Positions 1 through 11,999 of a DNA stretch of 64,000 nt are shown here, one piece after another. Below the pieces are notes generated by a model. That model saw nothing but the letters and a program-made list of their open reading frames with translations, made no database searches and was not told the origin of the DNA. The translations under genes and the position numbers were made by a program. Position 1 is the stretch's first letter, and the number at the start of each line of letters is the position of its first letter. Source of the DNA: Octopus bimaculoides (taxonomy: Eukaryota); contig NC_068982.1 in the NCBI RefSeq assembly GCF_001194135.2, positions 55,681,964 to 55,745,963 of the forward strand. Direction: 5' to 3'.

Positions 1-9
1 ATGCAGACA

Positions 10-218
10 TTTTAGGAAGTTAATTGTGATGGCTGGTCATAGAGTGACCATTGGTTTCACACCTGTAAAATACTTAGCCTTACTGGTGACTAGTCAGACT
101 CAAATGACTGAAGAAGCATGCTCCTTCAGCCATTTCAGTCTGATGAGTTACTAAGTGCTTTATAGGTGTGAAACCAATGGTCACTCTATGACCAACCATA
201 ACAATTAAATTCCTAAAA
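10..218. repeat. ~210-bp imperfect palindrome (fold-back/MITE-like)
   Basis: 10-77 is the reverse complement of 151-218 (68 bp, ~6 mismatches). An inner pair tcagactcaaatgactgaag / cttcagccatttcagtctga continues the stem. Confidence 0.85.
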
Positions 219-357
219 AAATATATTATTGCTCTAATTGCGCTTCTCTTTCGGATATATGAACTACTGATGATGTACACACACAGACACACACATATAC
301 ATATATGTTATATTTTATACACATACACATCTTAAATGATGAGGATTATGATGATGA

Positions 358-388
<31 letters not shown>

Positions 389-828
389 NNNNNNNNNNNN
401 NNNNNNNNNNNNNNNNNNNNNNNNNNNNNNNNNNNNNNNNNNNNNNNNNNNNNNNNNNNNNNNNNNNNNNNNNNNNNNNNNNNNNNNNNNNNNNNNNNNN
501 NNNNNNNNNNNNNNNNNNNNNNNNNNNNNNNNNNNNNNNNNNNNNNNNNNNNNNNNNNNNNNNNNNNNNNNNNNNNNNNNNNNNNNNNNNNNNNNNNNNN
601 NNNNNNNNNNNNNNNNNNNNNNNNNNNNNNNNNNNNNNNNNNNNNNNNNNNNNNNNNNNNNNNNNNNNNNNNNNNNNNNNNNNNNNNNNNNNNNNNNNNN
701 NNNNNNNNNNNNNNNNNNNNNNNNNNNNNNNNNNNNNNNNNNNNNNNNNNNNNNNNNNNNNNNNNNNNNNNNNNNNNNNNNNNNNNNNNNNNNNNNNNNN
801 NNNNNNNNNNNNNNNNNNNNNNNNNNNN

Positions 829-868
<40 letters not shown>

Positions 869-974
869 CACACACATACGTAATTGTATATTTTACACTC
901 ACACACACATATATATTTTATGCACAAACATACATATCTTAAATGATGATATATATATATATATATATATATAT

Positions 975-1833
975 ACTAGCTGACATACCTGATAATTCCT
1001 GGGACAGCAGGTTTTATCTCTATGTTCCATTCTCATAATTGTTTTGTTAATCCAATAACAACAATACAAGTATGTAGCCCTTAAAACGGTTTTTGTGCAT
1101 TTACAGAGAATACCCAACTGTCTTACACAGGATCTTGTTTTTAGGAATTCCCAATAAGTTATGAATACCCAAATTGTGAAGTCAGTTTTGTAATAACATG
1201 AAATTAATTACCTGATGTAAGAATTCAAATAAAGTAGCCCTGAAAAGGGCTCTAATGTGTTCCCAGAGTATATAGAACTTAGGAGGAAATACTAATAAGG
1301 TATGTATACTAAAATCGTGAAGCATGTTACATAATAACAGGCTAATCAGATATGAGATAATAACATTTCAAAGTAAATAACTCTGAAAAGCGCTTTTGTG
1401 CGTTCCTGAGAATATTACCCTCAGCGGTGCTAGTGTTGCTATATTTGTAAATAAGTCACTAACTGATATAAGTGGATCTATTGTTTAGGAAAATTCTATT
1501 TACTTATTTAAGGGTTGTACTGGATAAATTGTGAAAATAGCTCTAACAGTTCAAATACTAAGAAATAGGCATACTCAATTTGATTTATATCAAATAATTT
1601 AAGAAAATGGATGGGCTATTTCCCTTGGCTGTAAAAATATATTAGATATATATAAGGATCACTTCCAGGAGCCCTCATCGATTTTTTCAACAATTTTCAT
1701 GCCATGAGGTTTCCAGACATGAGTTCTACTCATATGTCAAGTTTCATCAAAATTGATAAAATGATGTAGGAGGAGTTAGCTAACAACTCCACAAACACAC
1801 CCACAGACAGAATTTCCCACATATGTAGTAGAT
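975..1833 (+). mobile_element. Probable non-autonomous Helentron/DINE-like (rolling-circle) element with internal ~150-bp-spaced repeats
   Basis: Starts actagctgacatacctgataattcctggg inside (TA)n. Ends aagtttcatcaaaattg...acagacag...atgtagtagat. Three diverged ~40-nt motifs at ~1074, ~1234 and ~1376. The terminal style resembles DINE-1/Lep1-type elements (from memory). Confidence 0.45.
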
Positions 1834-2466
1834 ATATAGACATGCATACATAATTGTATATATAACACNNNNNNNNNNNNNNNNNNNNNNNNNNNNNNNN
1901 NNNNNNNNNNNNNNNNNNNNNNNNNNNNNNNNNNNNNNNNNNNNNNNNNNNNNNNNNNNNNNNNNNNNNNNNNNNNNNNNNNNNNNNNNNNNNNNNNNNN
2001 NNNNNNNNNNNNNNNNNNNNNNNNNNNNNNNNNNNNNNNNNNNNNNNNNNNNNNNNNNNNNNNNNNNNNNNNNNNNNNNNNNNNNNNNNNNNNNNNNNNN
2101 NNNNNNNNNNNNNNNNNNNNNNNNNNNNNNNNNNNNNNNNNNNNNNNNNNNNNNNNNNNNNNNNNNNNNNNATATATATATATATATAAAACATTCCTTC
2201 ATATCATACTTTAACATCTCATCACCTGGTACAAAACCATCTCCTTCAATACTATTTCCCACCTCATTTGAGGTCAAGGTCTTGTCTTGCAAGTTACTTG
2301 GTGACCTCACTGGTGCAGTGCCTTGTACAAAGCACCAGTACAGCAGAGATTGGCACAGTCTCCTAGCTCACCAGCTGATGTCAAACTGTCCAACCTATGC
2401 CAGCATGGAAAATAAATGTTAACTGGTGAGGATGATAATGATGATGATATATATATATGTGTGTGT

Positions 2467-2547
<81 letters not shown>

Positions 2548-2593
2548 NNNNNNNNNNTATACACACACACACACACACACACACGTACACACA

Positions 2594-3330
2594 CAGGGGC
2601 GAAGGGTAAATTGTTGCCGTTTTATATTTTTAGTTTCGTGCATGCGCATTGTTTGTTTTTGATTTTGTTGACTACACAGTATAGTAGGGGCACTGTTTGT
2701 GAGAAAAACAGCACCATGACACAATTTACTCTGCCAATAATTTGGAAACAACATGGTGTACTGCTTGGCATTCATGCCGGAAGCTCCAACATGAACAGAT
2801 GGTGAACAAACAGAACAACCATTAGTTTGCTGTGTTACCAAAACATGTACCAAGAGTGATAAAAACCAAACATCCAGTCAACATCCTGGTGTTTGGAGTG
2901 ATTACTAGTGATGGTGACGTTATGCCGCCATTCATCTTCCTACATGGCCTCAGACTCAAGATGGAGGCCTACATCTGGCCAGTTATCTCAGACTCAACAT
3001 GGAGGCCTACATCTGGCCACCTAACTCCCCAGACTGCCACCCCCTTGATTATTATGTGTGGGGTGCAGTTGAGCGAGAGAACAACAAAACTCCTTGTAAC
3101 ACCAAAGATGAACTCAAGGCAAGGATTATGGCAGCATTCACCAACTTAAACAGGAGACCATCCGGAAGAGTTGCATGGTTGAAGCCAATGGCGATTTTGT
3201 TGAATAAATTTACTCTTTAATATTTCAAGGTATTTTTATGTAATTTTGGTAAATATGTCTGTTAAAATGAGATGTCAATGTTATTTTCATTTTTGCATAA
3301 TTTAGACAACAATTTGTTCACTGCACCCTG
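2594..3330 (+). mobile_element. Internally deleted DD37D (maT-like) Tc1/mariner element
   Basis: Imperfect TIRs caggggcgaagggtaaattgttgcc / gacaacaatttgttcactgcaccctg followed by TA. Transposase remnants KTKHPVNILVFGVITSDGDVMPPFIF and WPPNSPDCHPLDYYVWG. A 34-bp local duplication marks the deletion junction (~2949 and ~2987). Confidence 0.8.
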
Positions 3331-3342
3331 TATATATATATA

Positions 3343-4567
3343 TTGGGTTGTTTGGAAAGTTCTGAATGTTTTTAAGCTAAATCTTTTAATACTTCATTGA
3401 ACACACCTGAAACATAACACAGTTAAAACTTTGGCATTGCTTGAAATAGTAGTGCGTCCTTTCTTTGTTCCTGACTGAAAATAGATTTATTTTTTCATTC
3501 TGGTTACCCTTCATTGACATTTGAAATGGATAACCAAAAATTTCGTATTCAAGTAATGCTTTCTTTTTTTTTACCAAATGTTGCAAAGACTTGCAAAAAC
3601 ATTAGTGAATCAACTGTTTGAAGCTGAAGCGTTTAGTGTAGATGACAGTTGCATTGGAAGATCTTCAAAATTGGATGAAGATGTTTTGAAAGCAAAAGTC
3701 AGAGAAAACTCAAATATCACGACTAGAGAACTTGTAGAGGAGTTGGAAGTTTCTAAAAGTATGGCTCATGAACACCTAGGATACAATTCTTGCTATAATG
3801 TATGGGTCCCTCACAAACTCTCAGAAAAGAGTTGCTTGGACCAGTATTCCATTTGTGATATTCTTTTGAAATGGAATGAAAACATGCCTCTTTTGAAACA
3901 ACTTGTGACTGGAGATAAAAAATGGATTGTATACGAAAATGTAGTGTGTAAAAGATCCTGGAGTTTGTGTTAGGATCCTCTAAAATAGCAACCAAAGACA
4001 AATATCCATGCCAAAAAAGCTATGCTTTGTGTTTGGTGGGATCATAAAGGCATTATTTATTATGAGCTTCTCCCACAAAACCAGACCATTAATTCTGATG
4101 TGTGCTGTCATCAGCAGGATAATTTGAATAAAAAAAATAAAAGAATTGAGGTTGGATATTTCCAATAGGAATGAAGTTGTGGTCCAACAAGACAGTGCCC
4201 GACCATGTGTGTCTTTGGCTACCCAAACAAAGTTACATGAATTTGGCTGGGATCTCTTACCCCATCCACCATATTCTCCTGATATTGCGCCATCTGACTG
4301 CCACTTGTTTTTCTCTCTACAGAACTCATTGCAAGGAAAACATTTAAAAATTTAGATGGAGTCAAAATGTATCTCGATGACATTTTTTTCTTCAAAATCA
4401 CTCAAATTTTATGTTGATAGAATATTGAAATTGCTTGATAGATGGGCAAAGGTCATTAATAATAATGGAAATTATTTCATTGGATAAAATTTATTGAAAG
4501 GTCAACTATTTATATGCCTTTTTGCATATTAAAAAAAAAAACACTCAGAACTTTTCGGACAACCTAA
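3343..4567 (+). mobile_element. Full-length degenerate mariner (DD34D) transposon
   Basis: TA-flanked TIRs ttgggttgtttggaaagttctgaatg / cactcagaacttttcggacaacctaa, 1225 bp. Motifs WVPHKL, VTGDKKW, QQDSARP and HPPYSPDIAPSD give D34D spacing. Stops and frameshifts present. Confidence 0.92.
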
Positions 4568-5784
4568 TATATATAAAAGACAGATGTTAAGTAATGATAA
4601 CAAAATGATGAGTGATTTAGATTTAAAGGAATGTGGCGATAAATATTTCCTATATCAACTTAAATCATAACATTTTATTCTAATAGAAAAATATTTGATT
4701 ATTTTTAGAGGTTGGAAGCAACGTTCTTGAATTGGATTCAATAATTTTTTTGCTTCAATGTAAATTTCAATAACTATTTCACATTAGACCATTCCATAAA
4801 TATTCCATTGCCTTTTAAAGTAATTATTTCTATAAGCATTTTTTAGCTTGTATTTGTTTTTCTTTTTTTGGAAAGAAATTCTGATCCACATAGTAAGTTG
4901 GTTTTTCTGTTAATTTCTAAAGTTTGGCACTTTGTCAAAATAATGTGACTACATAATTGTCTCAAGGTGTTTTATTAAAGGGGTTAATGAGTTATAATTT
5001 ATAGTGTTTACATTCCCTCTGTTGTTATTGTTATATAAAGTCAAGCCAGTCCTCACTGAGTATGACTATTATCAAACGTGTTCCAGCTATGACCATCCCA
5101 TCTTATTCTAGAGTCCTGCACATTTGTGTCTACATAAGTCAATGTGTTCCCTTTTCAAGAGTCCGGTGTAATTTGATGGCAATTTGGCTGTGATTTCTAG
5201 CAGGTTTTGTAATCAAACAATGGCTCTCTTATTGGCTTTTATTCCTTGTGTATGCATCTTGGGTGTCTTCAAGTTCATTAATCCTTTGGTCACCATCTTT
5301 CAGCTGAAATACACTGCCTTTGTTTCATTAAAGTTTGAAAATAACGATGAATTTAGTAAAATAACTTTGCCATTATTAAGCTGGTGTTTAGAACATAAAT
5401 TAACATGATATTTTGGTGGAAGATTTTAACCTAACCAATGCATTTTTCAGATAGTCTTATTACTTAAAAAAAATGAAATTATTGTTGAACCTAGGACTGA
5501 ATGGTGAATACATGTTTAGTTTTTAAACTAAGTGAAATGGGTAACACAAGAATGTAGCTCTGAAAATGTCCCAAGTTCTCTCATATATCTGTATGGTTTT
5601 GCATTCTTTGAAATGTAAACACGTATTCAACTATTATGTATTTCTACCTCTCATTTTCTCTAGATCCACTGCAGGTTGTTATATTAGTCAAGCAATCATT
5701 ATTCATTTTAACGTCCCTTTTTTTCATACTTACATGGGTCAGACAGAATTGATTGAGGCAGATTTTCTTTCTTGTCACCAACCC

Positions 5785-6375
5785 TTAACCCTTTAGTGTT
5801 TAAAGCATCCATATCTGGTTAAAATATTCTATTTGTTTTATGTTCAAACTGGCCAGATCTAACTTTTCACACCTATCTTACAGTGTCATTTTAAAAATAA
5901 ATAATCAGATCATTGAAATTTCAAAGTTACAAGATAATGCATGATTAATTGAAAACTAATTGAAAATTAATTGTGAATAAATAAGCATTATCTTTAACAG
6001 AGCATGAAAGCACATGGCTTAGTGGTTAGGGTATTTGGCTCATGAATGTAAGGTCATGAGTTCAATTTCCAGCTATGCATTGTTTCCTTGAGTAAGACAC
6101 TTTATTTCATGTTGCTCCATTCCACTCAACAGGCAAAAAATGAGTAGTACCTATATTTCAAAGGGCCAGCATTGTCACACCCTGTGTCACAATGAATCTC
6201 CCTGAGAATTACATTAAGGGTACATGTGTCTGTGGTGTGCTCAGCCACTTGCACATTGATTTCATTAGCAGGCTATTTCATTGATTGGATCAACTGGAAC
6301 CCTTGTCGTCGTAACTGATGGTGTGCAGTTAGTTAGTTATCTTTAACAGAGTAATATGAATGTTAAACGGTTAAA
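5785..6375. mobile_element. piggyBac-like (TTAA/CCCT-ended) MITE interrupted by a SINE; related copies at ~12255-12470, ~47298-47530 and ~54755-54956
   Basis: ttaaccctttag at the start and aatgttaaacggttaa at the end. The internal sequence (cacacctatcttacagtgtcatt...gaataaataagcatt) recurs in the other copies. Confidence 0.6.
6003..6336 (+). mobile_element. tRNA-derived SINE (family A); other copies at ~19820-19990 (+), ~22470-22770 (-), ~29480-29710 (-) and ~44190-44350 (+)
   Basis: A-box tggcttagtgg, B-box-like gagttcaattt, central tccttgagtaagacacttt and (agtt)n tail. Exact 15-bp TSD ttatctttaacagag at 5988-6002 and 6337-6351. Confidence 0.82.
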
Positions 6376-7559
6376 TGTTTCCAAGAAAAGTAATATTTCT
6401 TCATGAGCAGACATGTTTTCACAGAAGATTGGAAACAAGGGACACCTCTTGTACGACAGTGATGCATGTTTACAACTATCACATGATGTCAAGACAATGA
6501 TGTACATGCATATATGACAGGCATTTTTTAGTTTTCATCTATCAGATCCACTTACAAGGTTCTGGTCAGACTTGGCTTTATAGTAGATGACACTTACCTA
6601 AGGTTCCACATAGTGGGACTGAACTCAAAACCATGTGGTTAGGAAAAAAACTTAACCATGCAGTCATAGCTGTGCCCCCCCCCCCCCAATCATAAGATAT
6701 ATGTTGAGTTAAGCAGACATATGAAAATACAAGATTCACATATTAAAAAATATATATAATCTAGTATATGTACACTCTCACATGCATATGTACATACACA
6801 TAGTAGTGAGTTACACATCTTTCAGAAATGATAAAAATAATATCCTTTAGACAAAAATAAATCCTGAAGAAAAGTAAGCCTACAGATACAAGTTTCTTAT
6901 TAATTTTACATTCCTAAAAGTATAAATAGCTTTGTAAATTCTTGGAATAAGAACAAGATGGCTGAGGAAAAAAATACCTCTAGGGAGAATTCTTTGTACT
7001 GAATGCAAATATGGTAGGGTTTCACATATATAATTTAGAGAGTTGTAAAACTTCGATGAACAGATTATACTAGGAAATTTTTGTCCAGAACACCCACTAA
7101 TAGTTTTCAAAATTTAATTTAAGAACAACAAAGAAGCGAGATGACTCTAATAAGATCAGCTTATTGAAATTTTTGCACATCCATAGATCAGTCATGAAAC
7201 TTTCTGAATGACACATCTAATAAAAAATTACCTTAAATTTTTTAGTAATGTAGCTTGCCAGATAATATGTCTTATGCAGCCTTTTCTGAAAAAGGTTGCA
7301 CATGCCTGCTATAGACAGTGCCAATTGGAGTGGATTTTTGTCTTTATGTTTAACTGGTGAAAGGAATAGACATGTTTGTGTCTTATTAGACTTCTGCATT
7401 GGTGAAGATTCTATTTAGCTGTCAAGAATAGGAGTGATCAGGAACAAAGCAAAACAAGGAAAAATAAAGATATTAACAGTAAAAACAACAGCATATTCCC
7501 AGAAAAAACTGTGTATTCAACAAGATACATCAGAAACCATTCAACAAAACCATCCTCAG

Positions 7560-8110
7560 CTTCGATGGTAGACCTGACATGACCATAGAGATGGCTGTTT
7601 GCCAGGGTTGTATAGCTCCTCTATCATCCATGCTACCTGTCACAGCTATGCCACAGCTCCCACTCCACAAGTTCTTGGGGGTCTTCAGCTGGTCCCCATT
7701 AAGGAAACTTTAGATACAGTAATCCTGAGGATTCAAGTGTGGGGAGCTAGAATACTTGATCATGAAGGGGGTGACATAAGCACACAGTTTTCTTGAGTTT
7801 TACCAGACATGAGTTGCCCTCTCCTCATCATATAGGACTTTGTTTTGGGACCTGTTGGACAAACTTGATCATCATACTGATGCCTGGCAGTTTAGACTGT
7901 ATCTTCCTCTTGACCTTAAAAGACATGTCCCTGCCAGAGGACACTAGCTTTTTCCTGACCATAGACACAAAGGACCCAGTTGCATTTAAGAAGCTAGTGA
8001 TCTCTGAATCACTGTGGTCAGCAGCAAGAGTCATGTGCACAATATACCTTTTTATTTCTCATTCCAGATTGGAATCACCAGTGTAGTTGCTGTTGTCATA
8101 TGTGAAAGAC
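7560..8110 (-). mobile_element. Degenerate, internally deleted maT-like transposase fragment
   Basis: Minus-strand HMTLAADHSDSEITSFLNATGSFVSMVRKKL (N-terminal HTH-like), followed by an NPQDY remnant of the SPDLNPLDY motif. Confidence 0.55.
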
Positions 8111-8538
8111 AAAGATGAAAGTTAAAATTTGGCATTTGGCTCATGCCATGTAACATTACATAAGGCTGTCTTCCAGTTACAACCCCCTTATATTTGTTTA
8201 TAAATATTCAGCACATCGTGTATAGTAATAGAAGTAGAGTAATGGACCTAATTATGAATATCAACAATAAAACGCAATAATATGGCTGATGAAGATAATT
8301 TTGGAGCATTCTGTATATGGAATACAAATATGGTCAATATGGACAGTGCAGATTGCAGTGTATCTGGAAATCTTTAATTCAACTACGTATTATTTTGAGA
8401 ATGAATTATATGAAGTATTTTTAGTATATGCTTACTGTCTACATTTCTGTGTTTTAAAGATTTGCCAATTCTGAACTGTTGTTATCAATTCTATATTAGG
8501 TAATGAGTATTGTTCCTTCACATTTATGTGTATGTGTA

Positions 8539-8579
<41 letters not shown>

Positions 8580-9494
8580 CCATCATTATCATTTAACACC
8601 TGTTTTCCATGCTGGTATAGGTTGGATGGTTTGACTGAAAACTGGTAAACTGGGGAGCAGCACCAGGATTCAATCTGATTTGGCATGGTTTGATCCTTGG
8701 ATCTTACCTTTACACATACACCCACCCACATACCNNNNNNNNNNNNNNNNNNNNNNNNNNNNNNNNNNNNNNNNNNNNNNNNNNNNNNNNNNNNNNNNNN
8801 NNNNNNNNNNNNNNNNNNNNNNNNNNNNNNNNNNNNNNNNNNNNNNNNNNNNNNNNNNNNNNNNNNNNNNNNNNNNNNNNNNNNNNNNNNNNNNNNNNNN
8901 NNNNNNNNNNNNNNNNNNNNNNNNNNNNNNNNNNNNNNNNNNNNNNNNNNNNNNNNNNNNNNNNNNNNNNNNNNNNNNNNNNNNNNNNNNNNNNNNNNNN
9001 NNNNNNNNNNNNNNNNNNNNNNNNNNNNNNNNNNNNNNNNNNNNNNNNNNNNNNNNNNNNNNNNNNNNNNNNNNNNNNNNNNNNNNTATATATATATATA
9101 TATATATATAATTTATGTCATAAGAACTTAGAAACTTTGAGAGAATGTGAAATAATTCTCCTTTGAATGGTGAAACTTGAAGCAGATTAAAATAAATAAT
9201 GGATTAAAAATAAAAACCCTTTGGATAGGAAAAGTTAAAGGCTGTCTTTGGGATTTGAACCCAAATCTTCTGTAAACATAGCAAATGTTCAACCATTGAA
9301 CCAAAGCAATTCCTCAAATTTCTCTCACCATTTTAGAAACTTTATTCTTAACAGTGAGAATTGTGTGTTGATGCAATGGTGGAATGTCTGTTATGTTTAC
9401 CGAGTCCCATGGGCAGCCTTCAACTTTTTCTATCCAAAAGGGTATTGAGTTAAAATAACTCAATATTTACTTGCTATTATTTATAGCTTTAACT

Positions 9495-9680
9495 AAGGCA
9501 GTAAGCTGGTAGAACTGTTAGCACTTCAGGCAAAATGCTTCGTGGTATATCGTCCGTCCTTGTGTTCCGAGTTCAAATTCTGCTGAGGTCGACTTTGCTT
9601 TCTTTCTTTTGGAGTCAATGAAATAAGTACCAGTTACGCTTGCACAATTTCAGCCCTTGTGCCTATAGTAGAATGGGTTA
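9495..9680 (+). mobile_element. tRNA-derived SINE (family C); dispersed copies also at ~23330-23545, ~33780-33975 (-), ~34875-35090, ~37810-38010 (-), ~38965-39180, ~49975-50400 (-, two copies), ~54050-54250 and ~56810-57020
   Basis: Head aaggcagt-agctgg-agaa, B-box-like gagttcaaattc, central gactttgcctttcatcctttcggggtcgataaaataagtaccag. The 33.8-kb copy has a 12-bp TSD agaaagtggtct. Confidence 0.8.
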
Positions 9681-11084
9681 TTCATAGCTTTATCTGCTTT
9701 GTGTTCCTCTGTTCAAAAAAAAGTTTCTAAATTCTTATGTCAATAATATGCTATTCTCACTGGTAAGAATAAAGTTTGTTAACTGGATAGAGAAATTCAC
9801 ATGGTTGCTTTAGTCCAATAGTAGAACATCTGTCATGTTTAAAGAAGATGTGGGTTAACTCTTGGTAACATGTTTCAGCAAAATTTCTTGCAGTGGTCCT
9901 AGACATAGGAATATTTAAACTCATTTGGGGAATTTGTAAACTCTTGACAGAATATTCACGAAAGTTTAAAGATGTTCCTTTTGTTTATTCCATTTTTTCC
10001 TTTTTTTTTTTTGCTTTTTCTTTCTCCTTATTTCAATGGTAGTCTTGTATATATTTATTTCTGATTTAATTAGGATTTGGAACAATGATTTCACTTGTTT
10101 TAGCTATATGGTGTAAACATTTCTGAAATATTTACTCCATTTCTAATGATTATTTTCACTCGAATATATATCGCTACATATTTTTCTTTCCATTTTATTA
10201 GTCTCTCTTGCTTCATTTCCAAATAATCAATTTGGAAACAAAGCAAGAAACTGTGTTGATCAACCAGAGTACCATTGGGGCACATATCCCTTATTAGCTC
10301 CTTTCTAAATTAGTGTTCTCTTTAGGCATTTTTCCAAGTTTTTCTGCTTGAATGGTGTTGTATTTTTCTTTTGAACTTCTTAGTTTTTATCTTAGAGCTC
10401 CTCACCAAAATAATCATGTTTGTTGAAGAGTAACTTAAGGTGAAATCTTTATTTAACATGCTCTTTGCCAAAAGTAAATAGAAAGTATCTGGCACAATTT
10501 ATCACCCTATTTAGCTACTCAACACATCGTACACTCTCAACTGTTTTTCGTTTTTTTTCTCCTCCCAAGTTTAGATTTTCATTGAAGCTTTGTTGCTTTA
10601 TAAATCTCTATCTAAAATTAAGGCTTCACTGATTTCTAAAACAATTTCAGATTAAATCACCTTGGAAATAATGTTTGGAAGACTATTGTATGTTAAATAC
10701 AGGGAGATGGATTATGGAATTCTTTTGTTAAGATTCACTGTAGCTTACAGATATTATGCACCACTTAGAAGAAAACCCAGAAGCTATGTATCATAGCTTC
10801 ACAGTTCTGAATTGAATATATCGATTAAATTCATTGTCTCCTCACCATTTCAACATTGAGAAGTAAGAGATGTAATGTTATTGCTTGATCTCTTAGTATA
10901 TAAATCAGTGTGAAAATCCACTGAAGAAATAAGACTTGTATTTGAAGAATATTCATTTGACTGGAGCATATTTTTCTTTCAAATACAGACAAAAAAATAA
11001 ATAGAAAAAAATACTGTTTTTTAGCTTAAATCACTTAACATTTCTAAAATATATATTTTTTGTAAATTCTTAAAACCACATTAA

Positions 11085-11318
11085 CCCTTTTGTTAACGTA
11101 TTTATTTTGAGATGCTCTGTGTTTCTTTCAATTAATTTTAAATATACAAGAATTTAGTAAAATAACTTTGTAATCATTAAGTTAATGTTAGGAACATAAG
11201 TTGTGATTAAGGTTTAATGGAAGATTTTAATTCAAAACTAATGAAAACAAGACATATGTACTACAGAGCCAGAGGTGGTTTCAGCCAGGTTGGTATCAAA
11301 AGAGTGGTTTCAAAAGGG
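11085..11318. mobile_element. piggyBac-like MITE (second family)
   Basis: TTAA|ccctttt...aaaaggg|TTAA. An internal segment (gaatttagtaaaataactttg...tggaagattttaa) is shared with ~5340-5430. Confidence 0.65.
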
Positions 11319-11999
11319 TTAAAAGAAAAAAGACCTGGTCTTTTATCATCATGAATTGAATACTTGAACATATATTTTATTTCATCTATCCAATTTTCCC
11401 TCTTCAATTTGAAAGATGTATTTGATAACTAATCCCTTAAGAAAAGTATGAAATCTCAAATTTCTAACATCACTTTGCCTATAAATATAGAGCTCTGTAT
11501 ATGTGCGACTTGTACATAAAAAAAATTGATTTTCTCTCTCTCATTTTGTGCCTTTCCCTTGGATAACATCAGTGGTGTGGAAAGGGGAGGCTGGTATGCA
11601 TGGGCAACTGATGATCTTCAATAAACAACCTTGCCTGGACTCGTGCCTCGGAGGGGAACTTTATAAGTACAATCCCAATGTCCTTTATGACTGAAGGGGG
11701 TGTTTACTTTTTTATATATTTCCAGAGATGTGCTTTTAATAGTTATACAATTTTTGTTTATAGCTACAGACACCAGGTGCTCTCTCACGCACATACACGT
11801 GCATGGCTGGCTATTTTCATAGTAGAGTGTTCCATACACAAATTAAACAAAAATAAACTTAGAAACACCCCGCCAGGGTGTACTTGACTTTTTTTTCTTA
11901 CTCTTTCACGTGCTTATTATATTTGATCTTTCTCTCTCTTTCTCTTAGTATGCATGTATTTCTTTGTGTGTGTGTGTGTGTGTTTGTGTGTAAGCATCT

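Noticed and set aside
305-983. Long ORFs through N gaps and (TA)n/(CA)n tracts (also ~1730-2310, 8680-9166, 20022-20835, 25938-27086 and 60879-61333)
   Set aside because: They are artefacts of Ns and dinucleotide repeats lacking stop codons (poly-X, YIYI, CVCV).
1236-1251. Histone gene implied by the stem-loop-like hairpin
   Set aside because: There is no histone ORF upstream on the minus strand, the flanks do not match the CCAAA/ACCCA consensus, and the motif is one of three diverged copies inside a probable TE.
7233-7416. Minus-strand exon-like segment with a long pyrimidine tract and an aag|gtaatt donor (ORF MQKSNK...KKFK)
   Set aside because: All three frames are closed from the best acceptor, I recognise no protein, and the internal gcaggcatgtgcaacc resembles a hAT-type MITE end.
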